Of a DNA stretch of 64,000 bases, positions 1-11,780 are shown in pieces. The stretch comes from Malacoraja senta (taxonomy: Eukaryota): contig CM075990.1 of the NCBI GenBank assembly GCA_038087875.1, positions 5,458,001 to 5,522,000 on the forward strand, in the 5' to 3' direction. Position 1 is the first letter of the stretch; each line of letters starts with the position of its first letter. Below the pieces are notes generated by a model. That model ran no database searches, was not told the DNA's origin, and saw only the letters and a list, made by a program, of their open reading frames with translations. Made by a program: the position numbers and the translations under genes.

Positions 1-307
1 GACAATATTTTGACAGTATGATTTCCTTGATGTGATTGCAGTTTAGCTTCTGAAGTGGGAGCCTAATATATACCGACTGATGATAATGCACATGTAAAGC
101 TGTTGACTGAGACAGAGCCATTTCCATTTACACAGGATGGATGAAAATTACCGGACAGTAAAATGTTGTCAAACAAGGTTCTAAGTAAAACGTGTTTCCA
201 TCACATCAGAGGATTGTCATGGTTACATCGGTTGTGACGTTGAATGTAATTTGGGAGGGTTAATTGCTGTCAACAGTTTTCCTAACGGTCTCTGTTTCTC
301 TTTACAG

Positions 308-355
308 CTATGGTCTTGCCCGGGCTAATGACCATGTATGTCCCTTGAGCAACTG
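308..355 (+). CDS. TMEM150A-like gene, internal coding exon (48 bp): YGLARANDHVCPLSNW
   Basis: tttacag|C...AACTG|gtgagt, phase 2/2. Peptide aligns with TMEM150A YAMAVMNHHVCPVENW. The preceding coding exon is not in the window. Confidence 0.85.
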
Positions 356-1142
356 GTGAGTTGACTTTTATAAAGTTATTAATGTGGACCAAGTAAATGT
401 AACTTGAAATGTTGGTACTGCCCTCTCCAGCTATAGCCACCCCAATCAAACAAGAACTTCCTGAAGCCAGTGCATAAAACCTCATTTGGACTGTTAAGAG
501 GTTTTCTCTTAGTAGAACGTTGGCTTTAGATAATAGCATATTACTGAACCATTTTCAGTAGTTGCCATGCAATGGTTTCAGTTCAGTTTAGTTTATCGTC
601 ATGTGTACCGAGGTACAGTGACAAGCTTCTGTTGCGCGCTAAGCAGTCAGCGGAAAGACAATACATGATTACAATCGAGCCGTCCACAGTGTATAGATGC
701 ATGATAAGGGAAGGGCATACTGTTCACTGCTTACAAGCAGCAATATACCAAGTGGAGAGATGGAGAGGAAAGAGATAGCCCAGTCTGGAGTACTTCATTC
801 ATTTTTGCACATCACTCCTTATGAAGAATTTAATTGCAGCACAAAATGAATTTAAATCGAATGGACACATAGCAGAAAGTAAGTTTATATTCAGTTCAGT
901 TTAGTTTATTGTCACATGTACCGAGGTACAGTGAAAAGCTGTTGTTGCATGCTATCCAGTCAGCAGAAAGACAATACAGGATTACAATCATTTACCATTT
1001 ACAGGGTATAGTTACCTGATAAGGGAATAACGTTTAGTGCAAGGTAAAGGTATTGTGTTGGGTATAGAAGATTTGATTACATTTATAACAGATTTAATAG
1101 AGTATGTAGTAGCCATTTCGCTTGACTCAATATGTTATAACT

Positions 1143-1515
1143 ATGTTTAAGAAGGAACTGCAGATGCTGGAAAATCGAAGGTAGACAAAAATGCTGAAGA
1201 AACTCAGCGGGTGAGGGAGCATCTATGGAGCGAAGGAAATAGGCAACGTTTCGGGTAGAAACCCTTCTTCAGACTGATGTGAGGGTGGGTGGGGGGGGAG
1301 TTAGAAAGGAAGAGGTGGAGCCAGAGGGCTGAGAAGGGGAGGAGAAAGTAAGGACTACCTGAAATTAGAGACGTCAATGTTCATACCACTGGGGTGTAAA
1401 CTGCCCAAGCGAAATATGAGGTGCTGCTCCTCCAATTTACGGTGATCCTCACTCTGGCAATGGAGGAGGCCCAGGACAGAAAGGTCGGATTCGGAATGGG
1501 AGGGGGAGTTGAAGA
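1143..1515 (-). mobile_element. Penelope-like 3' fragment / pLTR
   Basis: Reverse complement of the GIY-YIG C-terminus (KLEEQHLIFRLGSLHPSGMNID) plus pLTR. Confidence 0.8.
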
Positions 1516-2420
1516 ACTATAACCAGTTATCTTTAAATTTTATCTGCCTGTAATTATGTGGGTGGGATTTATACGTAGTCTGGGGCGCGTTTGCAGCTGG
1601 GATTCTGGCGCAGACTTCCAAGGAGTTTAGTTTAATTTTATGAAGATCGTGGGAGAGACATAGTTTTCGACCATGCACGAGCATGACCACGAGTATGATT
1701 TACTTATACAAGAAGAAACTTTTATGATTTATCTTACTGCTTGTACTATACAATAAAGAAACTATTAATCAAGAAACTGTTTTTGGAAGATTCATCTTTC
1801 GACGGCATCGATGCAGGGCTCGTGGGTGCGTATAGATTACCTTCTGATCCACGGTCATCAATTAAAGTGACTATCGAGGTCTAAATCCTTGAGACGTTGT
1901 AAAAAACTGTCACCACAGAGTAGATACAGATTCTGTTGGGAAATTCAGGACAATTGAACATGAAAATTCAGAAGTGGGATCAGAAGATATTATTATGCAC
2001 AAAGGCTAATAGCAATCTGGAACTCTTAAAAGCAATAAGTTCTCCGACAATGAAAACTTTCATGACTGAGAAAGATTTTTTTTTAATTGGGTAATGTGTC
2101 AGTGAGTATAGATTAAAGGAGATAAATGAGAATTTAAGTGTAGATTAGCTAGGAACTAACTGAACGAAGGAATAAGCCTGAGGCATTGAATGATCTACTA
2201 ATGTTTCTTATGAAACAAGACTGAAAAGGATTGGAGTGGGATCCAATAAGTGAGACTATTTGATGCCAAACTGTGTTCTTTGGAGTTCTTGCTTAATACT
2301 GAACTGTTTAAAAAAATGTGTACTTAGTCTGAAATGTAATGATGAAGCAAAAGTAAGCAAGCTTGTCTTAGACTGCTTGTGTATAAATTATCTGAGCTGC
2401 CTGCTCTCTTTTTTTTGCAG

Positions 2421-2492
2421 GGTGTACAATCGCACTTGTTCTGTTCAAGTCTTGGTGAAATGTTGTGCAATTGAAAACATGCCATTCGTAAG
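2421..2492 (+). CDS. TMEM150A-like exon (72 bp): (W)VYNRTCSVQVLVKCCAIENMPFV(S)
   Basis: Polypyrimidine tract + gcag|G...AG|gtaagc, phase 2/2. Matches TMEM150A WSYNESC...CCTLDDVPLIS, including the N-x-T sequon and the CC motif. Confidence 0.88.
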
Positions 2493-2591
2493 GTAAGCAG
2501 AGGATCACACATGATTTTAGCAGTAATGCTTATGAATTCAAGACAGACAGGTACTCCAACATCATACGTTCTCAGCAATCCTAATATTGTG

Positions 2592-2806
2592 TAGGAACGA
2601 ACTGCAGATGCTGGTTTTAACTGAAGATAGACACAAAAGGCTGGAGTAACTCAGCGGGTCAGACAGCATCTCTGGAGAAAAGGAATAGGTGACGTTTCGG
2701 GTCGAGACTCTTCTTTAGTCTGAAGAAGGGTCTCGACCCGAAACGTTACCTATTCCTTTTCTTCAGAGATGCTGTCTGATGTGCTGAGTTACTCCAGCCT
2801 TTTGTT
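2592..2806. mobile_element. Inverted (fold-back) Penelope pLTR insertion
   Basis: Minus-then-plus pLTR halves; 15-bp TSD AATCCTAATATTGTG at 2577 and 2807. Confidence 0.85.
2720..2747 (+). ncRNA. Minimal type-I hammerhead ribozyme core (Penelope pLTR)
   Basis: CUGAAGA-A-GGGU(CUCG)ACCC-GAAA-CGUU. Stem I is weak. Confidence 0.55.
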
Positions 2807-3099
2807 AATCCTAATATTGTGGTTAATTTGATTGAGATATCAAAAAATTATGAAGGGTGGTGACAATAATTGAAAGAATAAGATGAGTTTCCATAAATCT
2901 AAGGGCTTAAGATGGGACAACAAAGTTTAAACATTACAAATTTGGAACGCAAAGCAATGAAAAAAAAATGACAGAGACTTACAAGGCTAGAGGGTTCATT
3001 GACAATGTTAGTGGTGGAGACCATGGTTAAGATGGTAATCATTTTATGAACCACTAAGGTCACCATATGGACAAAGAGAGGATGGACACATTTTCTCTT

Positions 3100-3630
3100 G
3101 TTTGTTCACCTGCTGTCACATTGGGAAGAACAAACAAGATGGTCGCCCCATTACAGGAAGGATGTGGAAGTTTTGGAAGGGGTGAAGAGGAGGAGGGTGA
3201 AGAGCAGAAATATGCCTGGATTAGAGGATATTAACTGCAGGGTCAGGTTGGATAGACATTGGAGGTCGAGAGAAGACCAGATAGAGGTATATATAATTAT
3301 AAGAGACGTGGATAGGCTAGACAGTCAGAACATTGTTCCCAGGAACAAAACATCAAATACTGGAATGCATAGCCTTAAAGCGTGAGGGGCGGTTTAAAAG
3401 AGATGTGTAGGAAGTTTTTTGCACAGAACGTACAGTAGTGGGTACCTGGGGTGGTGGTGGAGGCAGATATGATAATGGCATTTTTAGAGGCTCTTGGATA
3501 GGTATGTGGATATGCAGGATCTGGAGGGATATGGATTATGTGCAGGTAGATAAGAGTTAGTCTTGGCATCATGTTCGGCCTGGACATTGTGGGCCGAAGG
3601 GCTTATTTCTGTGCTGTCCTGTTCTATATG
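3100..3630 (+). mobile_element. CR1/HER1 LINE 3' fragment, degraded
   Basis: WSPHYRKDV..LE peptide and GGGCCGAAGGGC tail. Confidence 0.8.
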
Positions 3631-5034
3631 TTAACTATTTATATTTTCTGTATACAAGTAATCGATTTAACCTATGCGTAAAGATCCCTCCGATTGTCCT
3701 GTGGTAATCAATATCCGAGGAGCGAAGGGCCTGACCATTCTGTGCAAGGAATCAGATAGAACATTCGAGGGCCATGTCCCATGCATGAATAGTTTCATAG
3801 GTATTTGAAGGACGAGGGAATATTAGAACCAACTAGCAGGACACCCACTTGGAATTATTTTCTGCTGCTTATGTGGAAGGTAACCCCGGCATAAATTGTT
3901 TAAGATGACTGGCCTGTTTCTGCAGTGTCATTTTTATGTAATTCCATGCCACCAACATTAGTTAACTGAAGAAATTCTGTCAGATCATTTAGTATCAAAA
4001 TTAGAATGACAGGTTAACAATTTCACCACATTAGAATAGTCATTGTCTTGAGTACAATATGGAAAACATATTTTCTTGAGAACAGCTCCTTCTTGCTGCT
4101 ATCAAAATTCTGAATGGTCCTGTCATGAGCTAGGGTGTAGCCCAGATCTTCCAACCCTACCTTGTTGAGCACCTTGCACTTTTAAAAAAAAATTCTGCAC
4201 TTTTTAACTGTATTGCTCTAACACCACAACACTATATTCTGCAATCAGGCCTTTATCTCTTTACACTACCCATTGTACTTTTTTGTATGGCTTGATTGTG
4301 CTCATACATTGTATAATTTGACTGCATAGCATGCAAACAACTTTTTTCACTGTATCTTGATACACGTGACAATAATAAATCTACACCAATTACAGAAACT
4401 GTGAACTCTTTGTAAATCAAATTGAAGCCTCAAGACATTTTGATAAATCTCCTTTTCGGCGCCTGCATGGTTTCTTTCAGCATTCCAAGCTGCTTAAAAA
4501 AGTGGCACTGTGTACTTACATATGATTATTTGTTAGTTTGTTGTGATAGTACATATATTTATGCCTTATAGTCATGGGGTACTAGAGAATAAGAGGAGTC
4601 CCAGTCATTGTAAGGCAAAGGTCCTCGACTACCAAAGCAATTGTGTGTTCACGAGACAATGCTGGGAGTACAGCAGAGGGGAGGGGTGAGTGAGTAAAAA
4701 AGTGTGGTGCAATGTTAGTGTTTTCACTTCACAACTTCAGAGACCCTAGTTTAATCCTGACCTTAGGGGTTGTCTGTTGATCTTGCTGGCCTTCCACCCT
4801 GCACTGGACCACTTGGACAACAGACACATGGCTGGCAGGCTGTTGTTCATCTGCATGATGCATGACGTTAATGCTATCATCCCTTCCATACTCATCATAA
4901 ACCCCAGAGAACTAGCTCCCTATGCAACTGGGTCCTCAAATTCCTCGTCTTTCCTCATTTTGCAGACTTTAATCAGTGCCATTGTGGGCAGGACATGTAG
5001 CAGCCTGAAGTCCCACAACACTATGTTCAGGAAA

Positions 5035-5420
5035 TAGACAATAGACAATAGACAATAGGTGCAGGAATAGGCCATTTGGCCCTTCGAGCCAGCACCGCCA
5101 TTCAATGTGATCATGGCTGATCATCCCCAATCAGTACCCTGTTCCTGCCTTCTCCCCATATCCCCTGACTCCGCTATTTTTAAGAGCCCTATCTAGCTCT
5201 CACTTGAAAGCATCCAGAGAACCAGCCTCCACCGCCCTCTGAGGCAGAGAATTCCACAGACTCACCACTCTCTGTGAGAAAAAGTGTTTCCTCATCTCCG
5301 TTCTAAATGGCTTACTCCTTATTCTTAAACTGTGGCCCCTGGTTCTGGACCCCCCAACATCGGGAACATGTTTCCTGCTTCTAGTGTGTCCAAGCCCTTA
5401 ACAATCTTATATGTTTCAAC
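5035..5420 (-). mobile_element. CR1/HER1 LINE 3' fragment
   Basis: Near-identical to 62908-63290; (TATTGTC)n tail. Confidence 0.9.
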
Positions 5421-5939
5421 AGCTACTTTCCTATAATTATCAGGTCCTTGGACTGACATGGACAACCCAAATCCTACCTTGGCAATGGAACACCATGGAC
5501 CATCCCTTGCACCACAATGGACCTGTTTTCCAATTATGTAATTTTTGCACCAATTCTTGTTTTGCAGTCTCTTTCCGCTCATTCTTGTCTTGCAGAATGA
5601 ATGTGCAATTCATACCTAATTTATATTTTAGTCTGCTGTCTGAGTCTATGTGTGTGTGATGCTGTTGCAAGCAAGGTTTCCATTATACCTGTACCTCACG
5701 GTACATGCACATATGATAATGAACTCCACTTGACTCTGGTGCGGATTGGACCAGATTGTTAGAATACACCGATTTAAACACAATAAAGACAAGACAATGG
5801 TTGGCAATTACCAAGTAGTGGTCTAACTATAACAGTCCTCATTCTCGCGATATCTTGGACTCATGATTCCTATCCACCTATCCTTGTCTCACCCTTATCT
5901 CCCAATCCCAAAGCAATAAAACAATTAACATTCTACACA

Positions 5940-6575
5940 AAGGCCTGCTGGATCTCCCAGTTACTAACCATTCTAACTCCTCTTCCCATTCCCACTATCA
6001 GTCTGAAGAAGGGTCTCAACCCAAAACGTCACCCATTCCTTCTCTCCAGAGATGCTGCCTGTCCCGTTGAGTCACTCCAGCTTTTTGTGTCTACCCACAC
6101 TGACCTTTCTGTCCTGGGCCTCCTCCATTGCCAGAGTGAGGTCAGATGCCAACTGGAGGAACAACACCTCATATTCTGCTTAGGGAGTTTATAAACTAAT
6201 GGTATGAACATTGAATTCTCCAATTTCAGGTAACAAACCCTCCCTTTTTTTTGCCCCTCTCTTCCCTGTACCCCACTTTTCCCCTTCCCCATTCCCCCAA
6301 CCTTTCCACCTATATTCCTTCCTATTTTCACCTTTGGCCTTTGTCCAGCCATCTACCTATCAAGAACCCTTTACCTCTATCCATCTACCACTTGCCAGGC
6401 TTTGTCCTGCCCCCACCTCTCTTATAGCTTTCTCCCCCACCCCCATCACAATCAGTCTGAAGAAGAGTCCTGACTTGAAGCATCACCTATCTATATTCTC
6501 CAGGCATGTTGCCTGACCCACTGAGTTACTCCAGCATATTGTGTCTTTTTTGTTCACCAGCTTCTGCAGTTCCCA
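5940..6575 (+). mobile_element. Penelope-like 3' fragment with a nested pLTR insertion (~5996-6094)
   Basis: Same GIY-YIG C-terminal and pLTR sequence as 59795-60630. Confidence 0.8.
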
Positions 6576-6577
6576 TA

Positions 6578-7397
6578 TACATAGATAGATACATAGAAAA
6601 TAGGTGCAGGAGTAGGCCATTCGGCCCTTCGAGCCTGCACCGCCATTCAATATGATCATGGCTGATCATCCAACTCAGTATCCCGTACCGGCCTTCTCTC
6701 CATACCCCCTGATCCCCTTAGCCACAAGGGCCACATCTAACTCCCTCTTAAATATAGCCAATGAACTGGCCTCAACTACCCTCTGTGGCAGAGAGTTCCA
6801 GAGATTCACCACTCTCTGTGTGAAAAAGTTTTTCCTCATCTCGGTCTTAAAGGATTTCCCCCTTATCCTTAAGCTGTGACCCCTTGTCCTGGACTTCCCC
6901 AACATCGGGAACAATCTTCCTGCATCTAGCCTGTCCAACCCCATAAGAATTTTGTACTTTTCTATAAGATCCCCTCTCAATCTCCTAAATTCTAGCGAGT
7001 ATAAGCCAAGTCTATCCAGTCTTTCTTCATATGAAAGTCCTGACATCCCAGGAATCAGTCTGGTGAACCTTCTCTGCACTCCCTCTATGGCTATAATGTC
7101 CTTCCTCAGATTTGGAGACCAAAACTGTATGCAATACTCCAGGTGTGGTCTCACCAAGACCCTGTACAACTGCAGTAGAACCTCCCTGCTCCTATACTCA
7201 AATCCTCTTGCTATGAAGGCCAACATACCATTCGCTTTCTTCACTGCCTGCTGCACCTGCAGGCCTACTTTCAATGACTGGTGTACCATGACACCCAGGT
7301 CTCGCTGCATCTCCCCATTTCCTAATCGGCCACCATTTAGATAATAGTCTGCCTTCCCGTTCTTGCCACCAAAGTGGATAACCTCACATTTATCTAC
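6578..7397 (-). mobile_element. CR1-clade (HER1-like) LINE 3' fragment with open RT C-terminus
   Basis: ORF 6675-7310 contains RDLGV, LVRPHLEYC.QFWSP, RRLRGDLIE, FFTQRVVNLWNSLP; 3' UTR GGCTCGAAGGGCCGAATGGCCTACTCCTG and microsatellite tail. Confidence 0.95.
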
Positions 7398-7805
7398 GGA
7401 TTATACCTAACACCAACGTGGAACGTCCAGCCCAAGGGCACACTCTGTTTACATCCAGCCCAAGGGCACACTCTGTTTGCTCTTATATCTCATCAAATGA
7501 GTCCTGCTTTTTTTCTAATCAAGTCAAGTCAAGTTTATTCGTCACATACACATACGAGATGTGCAGTGAAATGAAAAGTGGCAATGCTCGCGGATTGTGC
7601 AAAAAAAACAAACAAACAACGAAACAAACGAATGGAACAGAATCACATATTCTTTTACATATTAAATATTGTGGGCGGAAGGAAAAAGGGGGAAATATAC
7701 CCCAGCAATTAAAAAAAACCCAGTAGAATGGTACAGTAAAGTTAGTCCCTGGTGAGATAGGAGTTTACAGTCCTAATGGCCTCTGGGAAGAAACTCCTTC
7801 TCAAT

Positions 7806-8070
7806 AGAGTTTAGTTTAGAGATACAGCACAGAAACAGGCCCTTTGGCCAACCGAATCCACGCCAACTAGCGAACCCCATACACACTAGGGACAATTTGC
7901 AACCTTCAAACCTGCACATCTTTGGAATGTGGGAGGAAACCGGACCAGGGCAAACCTATGTGGTCACGGGGAGAAGGTACAAACTCTGTACAGACAGCAC
8001 CCATAGTCAGGATCGAACCCAGGTTTCTGGCGCTGTAAGGCAGCAACTCTACTGCTGTGCCACCATGCCG
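7806..8070 (-). mobile_element. tRNA-derived V-SINE (HE1-like)
   Basis: A/B-box-like head (GGTGGCACAGCAGTAGAG...GGTTCGATCC), V-domain and HER1-derived tail. Confidence 0.85.
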
Positions 8071-8130
8071 TGCCTAGAGAAACTAAAGATTATGGAAGAC
8101 CAGGGCAGTCCAAATCTAGTGGACACTCTA

Positions 8131-8498
8131 TAGCTTACAGCTCAGTGGTATGAATATTGATTTCTCTCACTTCAGGTAGCCCCGGCATTCTCTCTCTCTC
8201 TATCCCTCCCCCACCCAAGTCGCACTAGCTTCTAGTTTTCACCCTACAAACAGCTAACAATGGTCTGTTTCCATTATCATCATCACTTTTTTGTATATCT
8301 TTTATTCATTGCTCTTTACCTCTCCACATCATCGTCTATATCTCTCATTTCCCTTACTCCGAACCAGTCTGAAGAAGGGTCTAGACCCAAAATGTCACCC
8401 ATTCCTTCGCTCCAAAGATGCTGCCTGTCCCGCTGAGTTACTCCAGCTTTTTGTGTAAATCTTTGGTTTAAACCAGCATCTGCAGTTCCATCCTACAC
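8131..8498 (+). mobile_element. Penelope-like pLTR fragment
   Basis: Matches 60308-60630. Confidence 0.75.
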
Positions 8499-9219
8499 CG
8501 ATAGCTCTCGTTGTTTGGCCTTTGTCAGGTTGTCTGTGAGGTGCTGAAGTAGATGCACTCTGATGTTGGAAGTGTTCTACTCATGGTAGAGCACTGGTGA
8601 TGGAGATCGATGGGTGACGAATGTGTACGAAAATATTCTGGACTGTTTGAAAGTGTACTGGGTCATTTTTAGGTTGACAAGCTTCAAATAGTGAGGAGCC
8701 ATAGGGACCAGTCTGGGGGCCTTGACAAGATACAAACCATATTAATGCATTACATGAAGCACCTAGTTTCTAGTACCCAAATTTGCTTGCAATGCAAAGG
8801 CTGGTGTGAAGAGAAACCAAGTTGTGAAGAGACTGCAAATGGACTGCAAAGGGAATATAAAGAGCTTACAGAAGCGCGCTAACAGTTATCAGATGGAGTG
8901 CAATGTGAAGAAATGCAAGGTTTGTCAGTTTGATATGAAGAAAAGAAAAGTAGAATATTTAAATGGAGAAAAGGCAGAATGCTGCTGTACGGAGGAACTG
9001 TGGTACCTTTGCCTGTGGAATAGGGCAAAGTAATGCGCAAGTACAGTGAATAATTGAGAAGATTCGTGGCATATTGTTTTATTGTAAAGGGGAGAGAGAA
9101 TAAGAGAAATGTTGCTTGGGGTTGGTGCACAGAGCAGACCAGAGTAAAAGGTAGAAGGACCTCATTACTTCCCAATCTAATCATTCACCAAGCAACCTCT
9201 GCCCCATCTGTGGCAAGTT

Positions 9220-9508
9220 TAACAATAAGGGGGAAGCCATTTAGAACTGAGATGAGGAAAAACATTTTCACCCAGAGAATTGTGAATTTGTGAAATTCAC
9301 TGCCTCAGAAGGCAGTGGAGGGCGATTCACTGGATGCATTCAAAAGAGAGTTAGATACAGCTCTTAGGACTAGCGGAATCAAGGGATATATGGGGAGAAG
9401 GCAGGAACGGGGTACTGATTGTGGATGATCAGCCATGATCACATTGAATGGCAGTGCTGGCTCGAAGGGCCGAATGGCCTACTGCACATATTGACTATGT
9501 TTCTATGT
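9220..9508 (+). mobile_element. CR1/HER1 LINE 3' fragment
   Basis: IRGKPFRTEMRKNIFTQRIVNL plus the shared 3' UTR. Confidence 0.88.
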
Positions 9509-9629
9509 AACATCTGTAATGCGGTTGGCCTCATCAATCAACTTAGAACCCACACAAGTGGAGTAGAATAAAGTTGCCCACAACCTTGAGATGTTGCCTA
9601 GCAAAGAGAGATAGCGATGTAAGATAAAA

Positions 9630-10060
9630 AGGAATAGGAGTAGAATTCATCCATTCGGCCCTTCTACGCATTCAATCATGGCTGATCTATCCCTCCCTCC
9701 TAACCCCATTCTCCTGCCTTCTCCCCATAACCTCTGACACCCATACTAATCAAGAATCTGTCAATCTCTGCCTTAAAAATATCCACTGACTTGGCCTCCA
9801 CAGCCTCCTGTGGCAATGAATTCTACAGATTCATCACCCTCTGACTAAATAAATGTCTCCTCATCTCCTTCCTAAAAGAATGTCCTTTAATTCTGAGGCT
9901 ATGACCTCTAGTCCCACACTCTCCCACTAGTGGAAACATCCTCTCCACCTCCACTCTATCTAAGCCTTTCACTATTCTGTATGTTTCAATGAGGTCCCCC
10001 CTCATTCTTCTAAACTCCAGCGAGTACAGGCCCAGTGTTGCCAAATGCTCATCGTAGGTT
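9630..10060 (-). mobile_element. CR1/HER1 LINE 3' fragment
   Basis: LGLYSLEFRRMRGDLIETY. Same subfamily at ~19345-19765 and ~49278-49685. Confidence 0.88.
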
Positions 10061-10177
10061 ATTGTAATGTATTACAATATATTGAATTGTGCTGGTTATT
10101 ACAGTGTATCAGTGCATTAAATATGCAGCCAAAGAAAAAATATTGGAGTATACTGATAGTGTTTGTGTACCAGTGTG

Positions 10178-10586
10178 TCATCATCATCAGCGGTTACTCG
10201 AAACGAGTATGACGGTCCTCTTTTGGGAGGACGCCTGTGCGTGACTTTGTTTAACATGTGGAGACTGGTGCACAGACAGCCACCACACGGTCCTTGACAG
10301 ATCTGGGTCAGGATCCAGTGGCATGGAGTCCAAGACGACCGGAGACCCTTTTCTGCTGCAGCCTTCATCCGCCTTCCCTGCCGTTGTGACGCTCCACTAA
10401 GGTCAGCCATCGTCCTCCGCCTGTTCCACCGTTGAGATCATGGTTGGTTTGCTCTTTGTCAGGGACCTCCCCCTCAGCCTTACCGTCACGGGTGGCCCTA
10501 CCAGGAGCATAGCTCCAGACGGCATCGCTCTCAGGATCTCAGGACCACACAAGCTTCTCCACCACGACAAGGTGACAATCCACGGA
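10178..10586 (-). mobile_element. Non-autonomous RTE-like retroposon with (GAT)n tail
   Basis: 5' end GATTGTCACCTTGTCGTGGTGG resembles RTE 5' UTRs; body shared with 55021-55375; flanking repeat TTGTGTAC at 10163 and 10587. Confidence 0.6.
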
Positions 10587-11314
10587 TTGTGTACTGCCAA
10601 TGAAAACATGAAAGCATACTGGTGGCGTTAAAGGATGGACTGGAGTGAAGAAATAAGGATCTGCAGATGCTGGTTTACAAAGGAAAAAACACAAGATGCT
10701 GGAGTAACTCAGTGAGTAAGGCAGCATCACTGGAGAATGTGGATAGGTGACATTTCTGGTCTGAAGAAAGATCACGGCCCGAAACATCACTTATCCATGT
10801 TTAGTAATGCTGCCTGACCCACCGAGTTACTCCAGCATTTTGTGTCAGTATTGGAGTGAACTTGTGGTGCAAATGACCTAGAGTTGAATCTGAGTAGCAA
10901 AGGCCACTTTCTTCAAACACTCCATGTGGTTTCCCTGAGGAGCATGAGTTGTACCGACACTAATGTGTACGTTGATACAATGCGGTGAAAAAAGCCCAAT
11001 GCCTCGCAGTTTGTGTGGAGTCTTTGCTCGATAATGTTGCTGACTATAACCACTGCTAATGTGAAACAGGTGGAGTTAGAGCCCCTGGCAAGTGAGAGGC
11101 ACTCTTCAAGTTATGATTTCGTTATTTATCATGAGCAACTCAAAACAGGCAGAGATGCTCGGTGGTGTGGAGCTTCATTGGACAATGATGTACCTAATGT
11201 ACTTGAAAAGCAAAAGCTGCAGACCCAATCTGAACTGCCTGTTCCTGGGACAGGAGCAGTACCTTTGAATTGAACTTTTTACATTTAATACATCTAATTG
11301 ATGATCTTTCAAGA

Positions 11315-11780
11315 AACTGCAGAGAGCTGTGGACGCAGCCCAGACCATCATGCAAACCAACCTTCCTTCCTTCCAATGACTCCAGCTACAACTCACGCTG
11401 CCTCGGCAAGGCCACCAGCATAATCAAGGACCAGTCTCACCCCAATCACTCCCTCTTCTTCCCTCTCCCATCAGGCAAGAGATACAGTAGTGTGAAAACA
11501 CATACCTCCAGATTCAGAGTCAGTTTCCTCCCAGCTGTTTTCAGGCAATTGAACCATCCTATCAACAATTAGAGAGCAGTCCTGAGCTACTATCTACCTT
11601 ATTGGGGACCCTCAGAGTATCTTTAATCTGGCTTTACAGGACTTTATCTTGCTTTAAACATTATTCCCTTTATCATGTATCTACACTATGGATAGCTCGA
11701 TTGTAATCATGTATAGCACGCAACAAAAAGCTTTTCACTGCACCTCGGTACATGTGACAATAAATTATACGAAACTAAAC
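11315..11780 (+). mobile_element. Rex-type LINE 3' end (second family)
   Basis: LQRAVDAAQTI...RCLGKATSIIKDQSHP.HSLFFPLPSGKRY. Related copies at ~40020-40470 (+) and ~58850-59098 (-). Confidence 0.75.

Noticed and set aside
6675..7310. 211-aa ORF as a host gene
   Set aside because: C-terminus of a CR1 reverse transcriptase in a 5'-truncated copy.
7426..7478. 25-bp tandem duplication (similar short ones at 32499-32551 and 53990-54120)
   Set aside because: Ordinary local duplications at repeat junctions.
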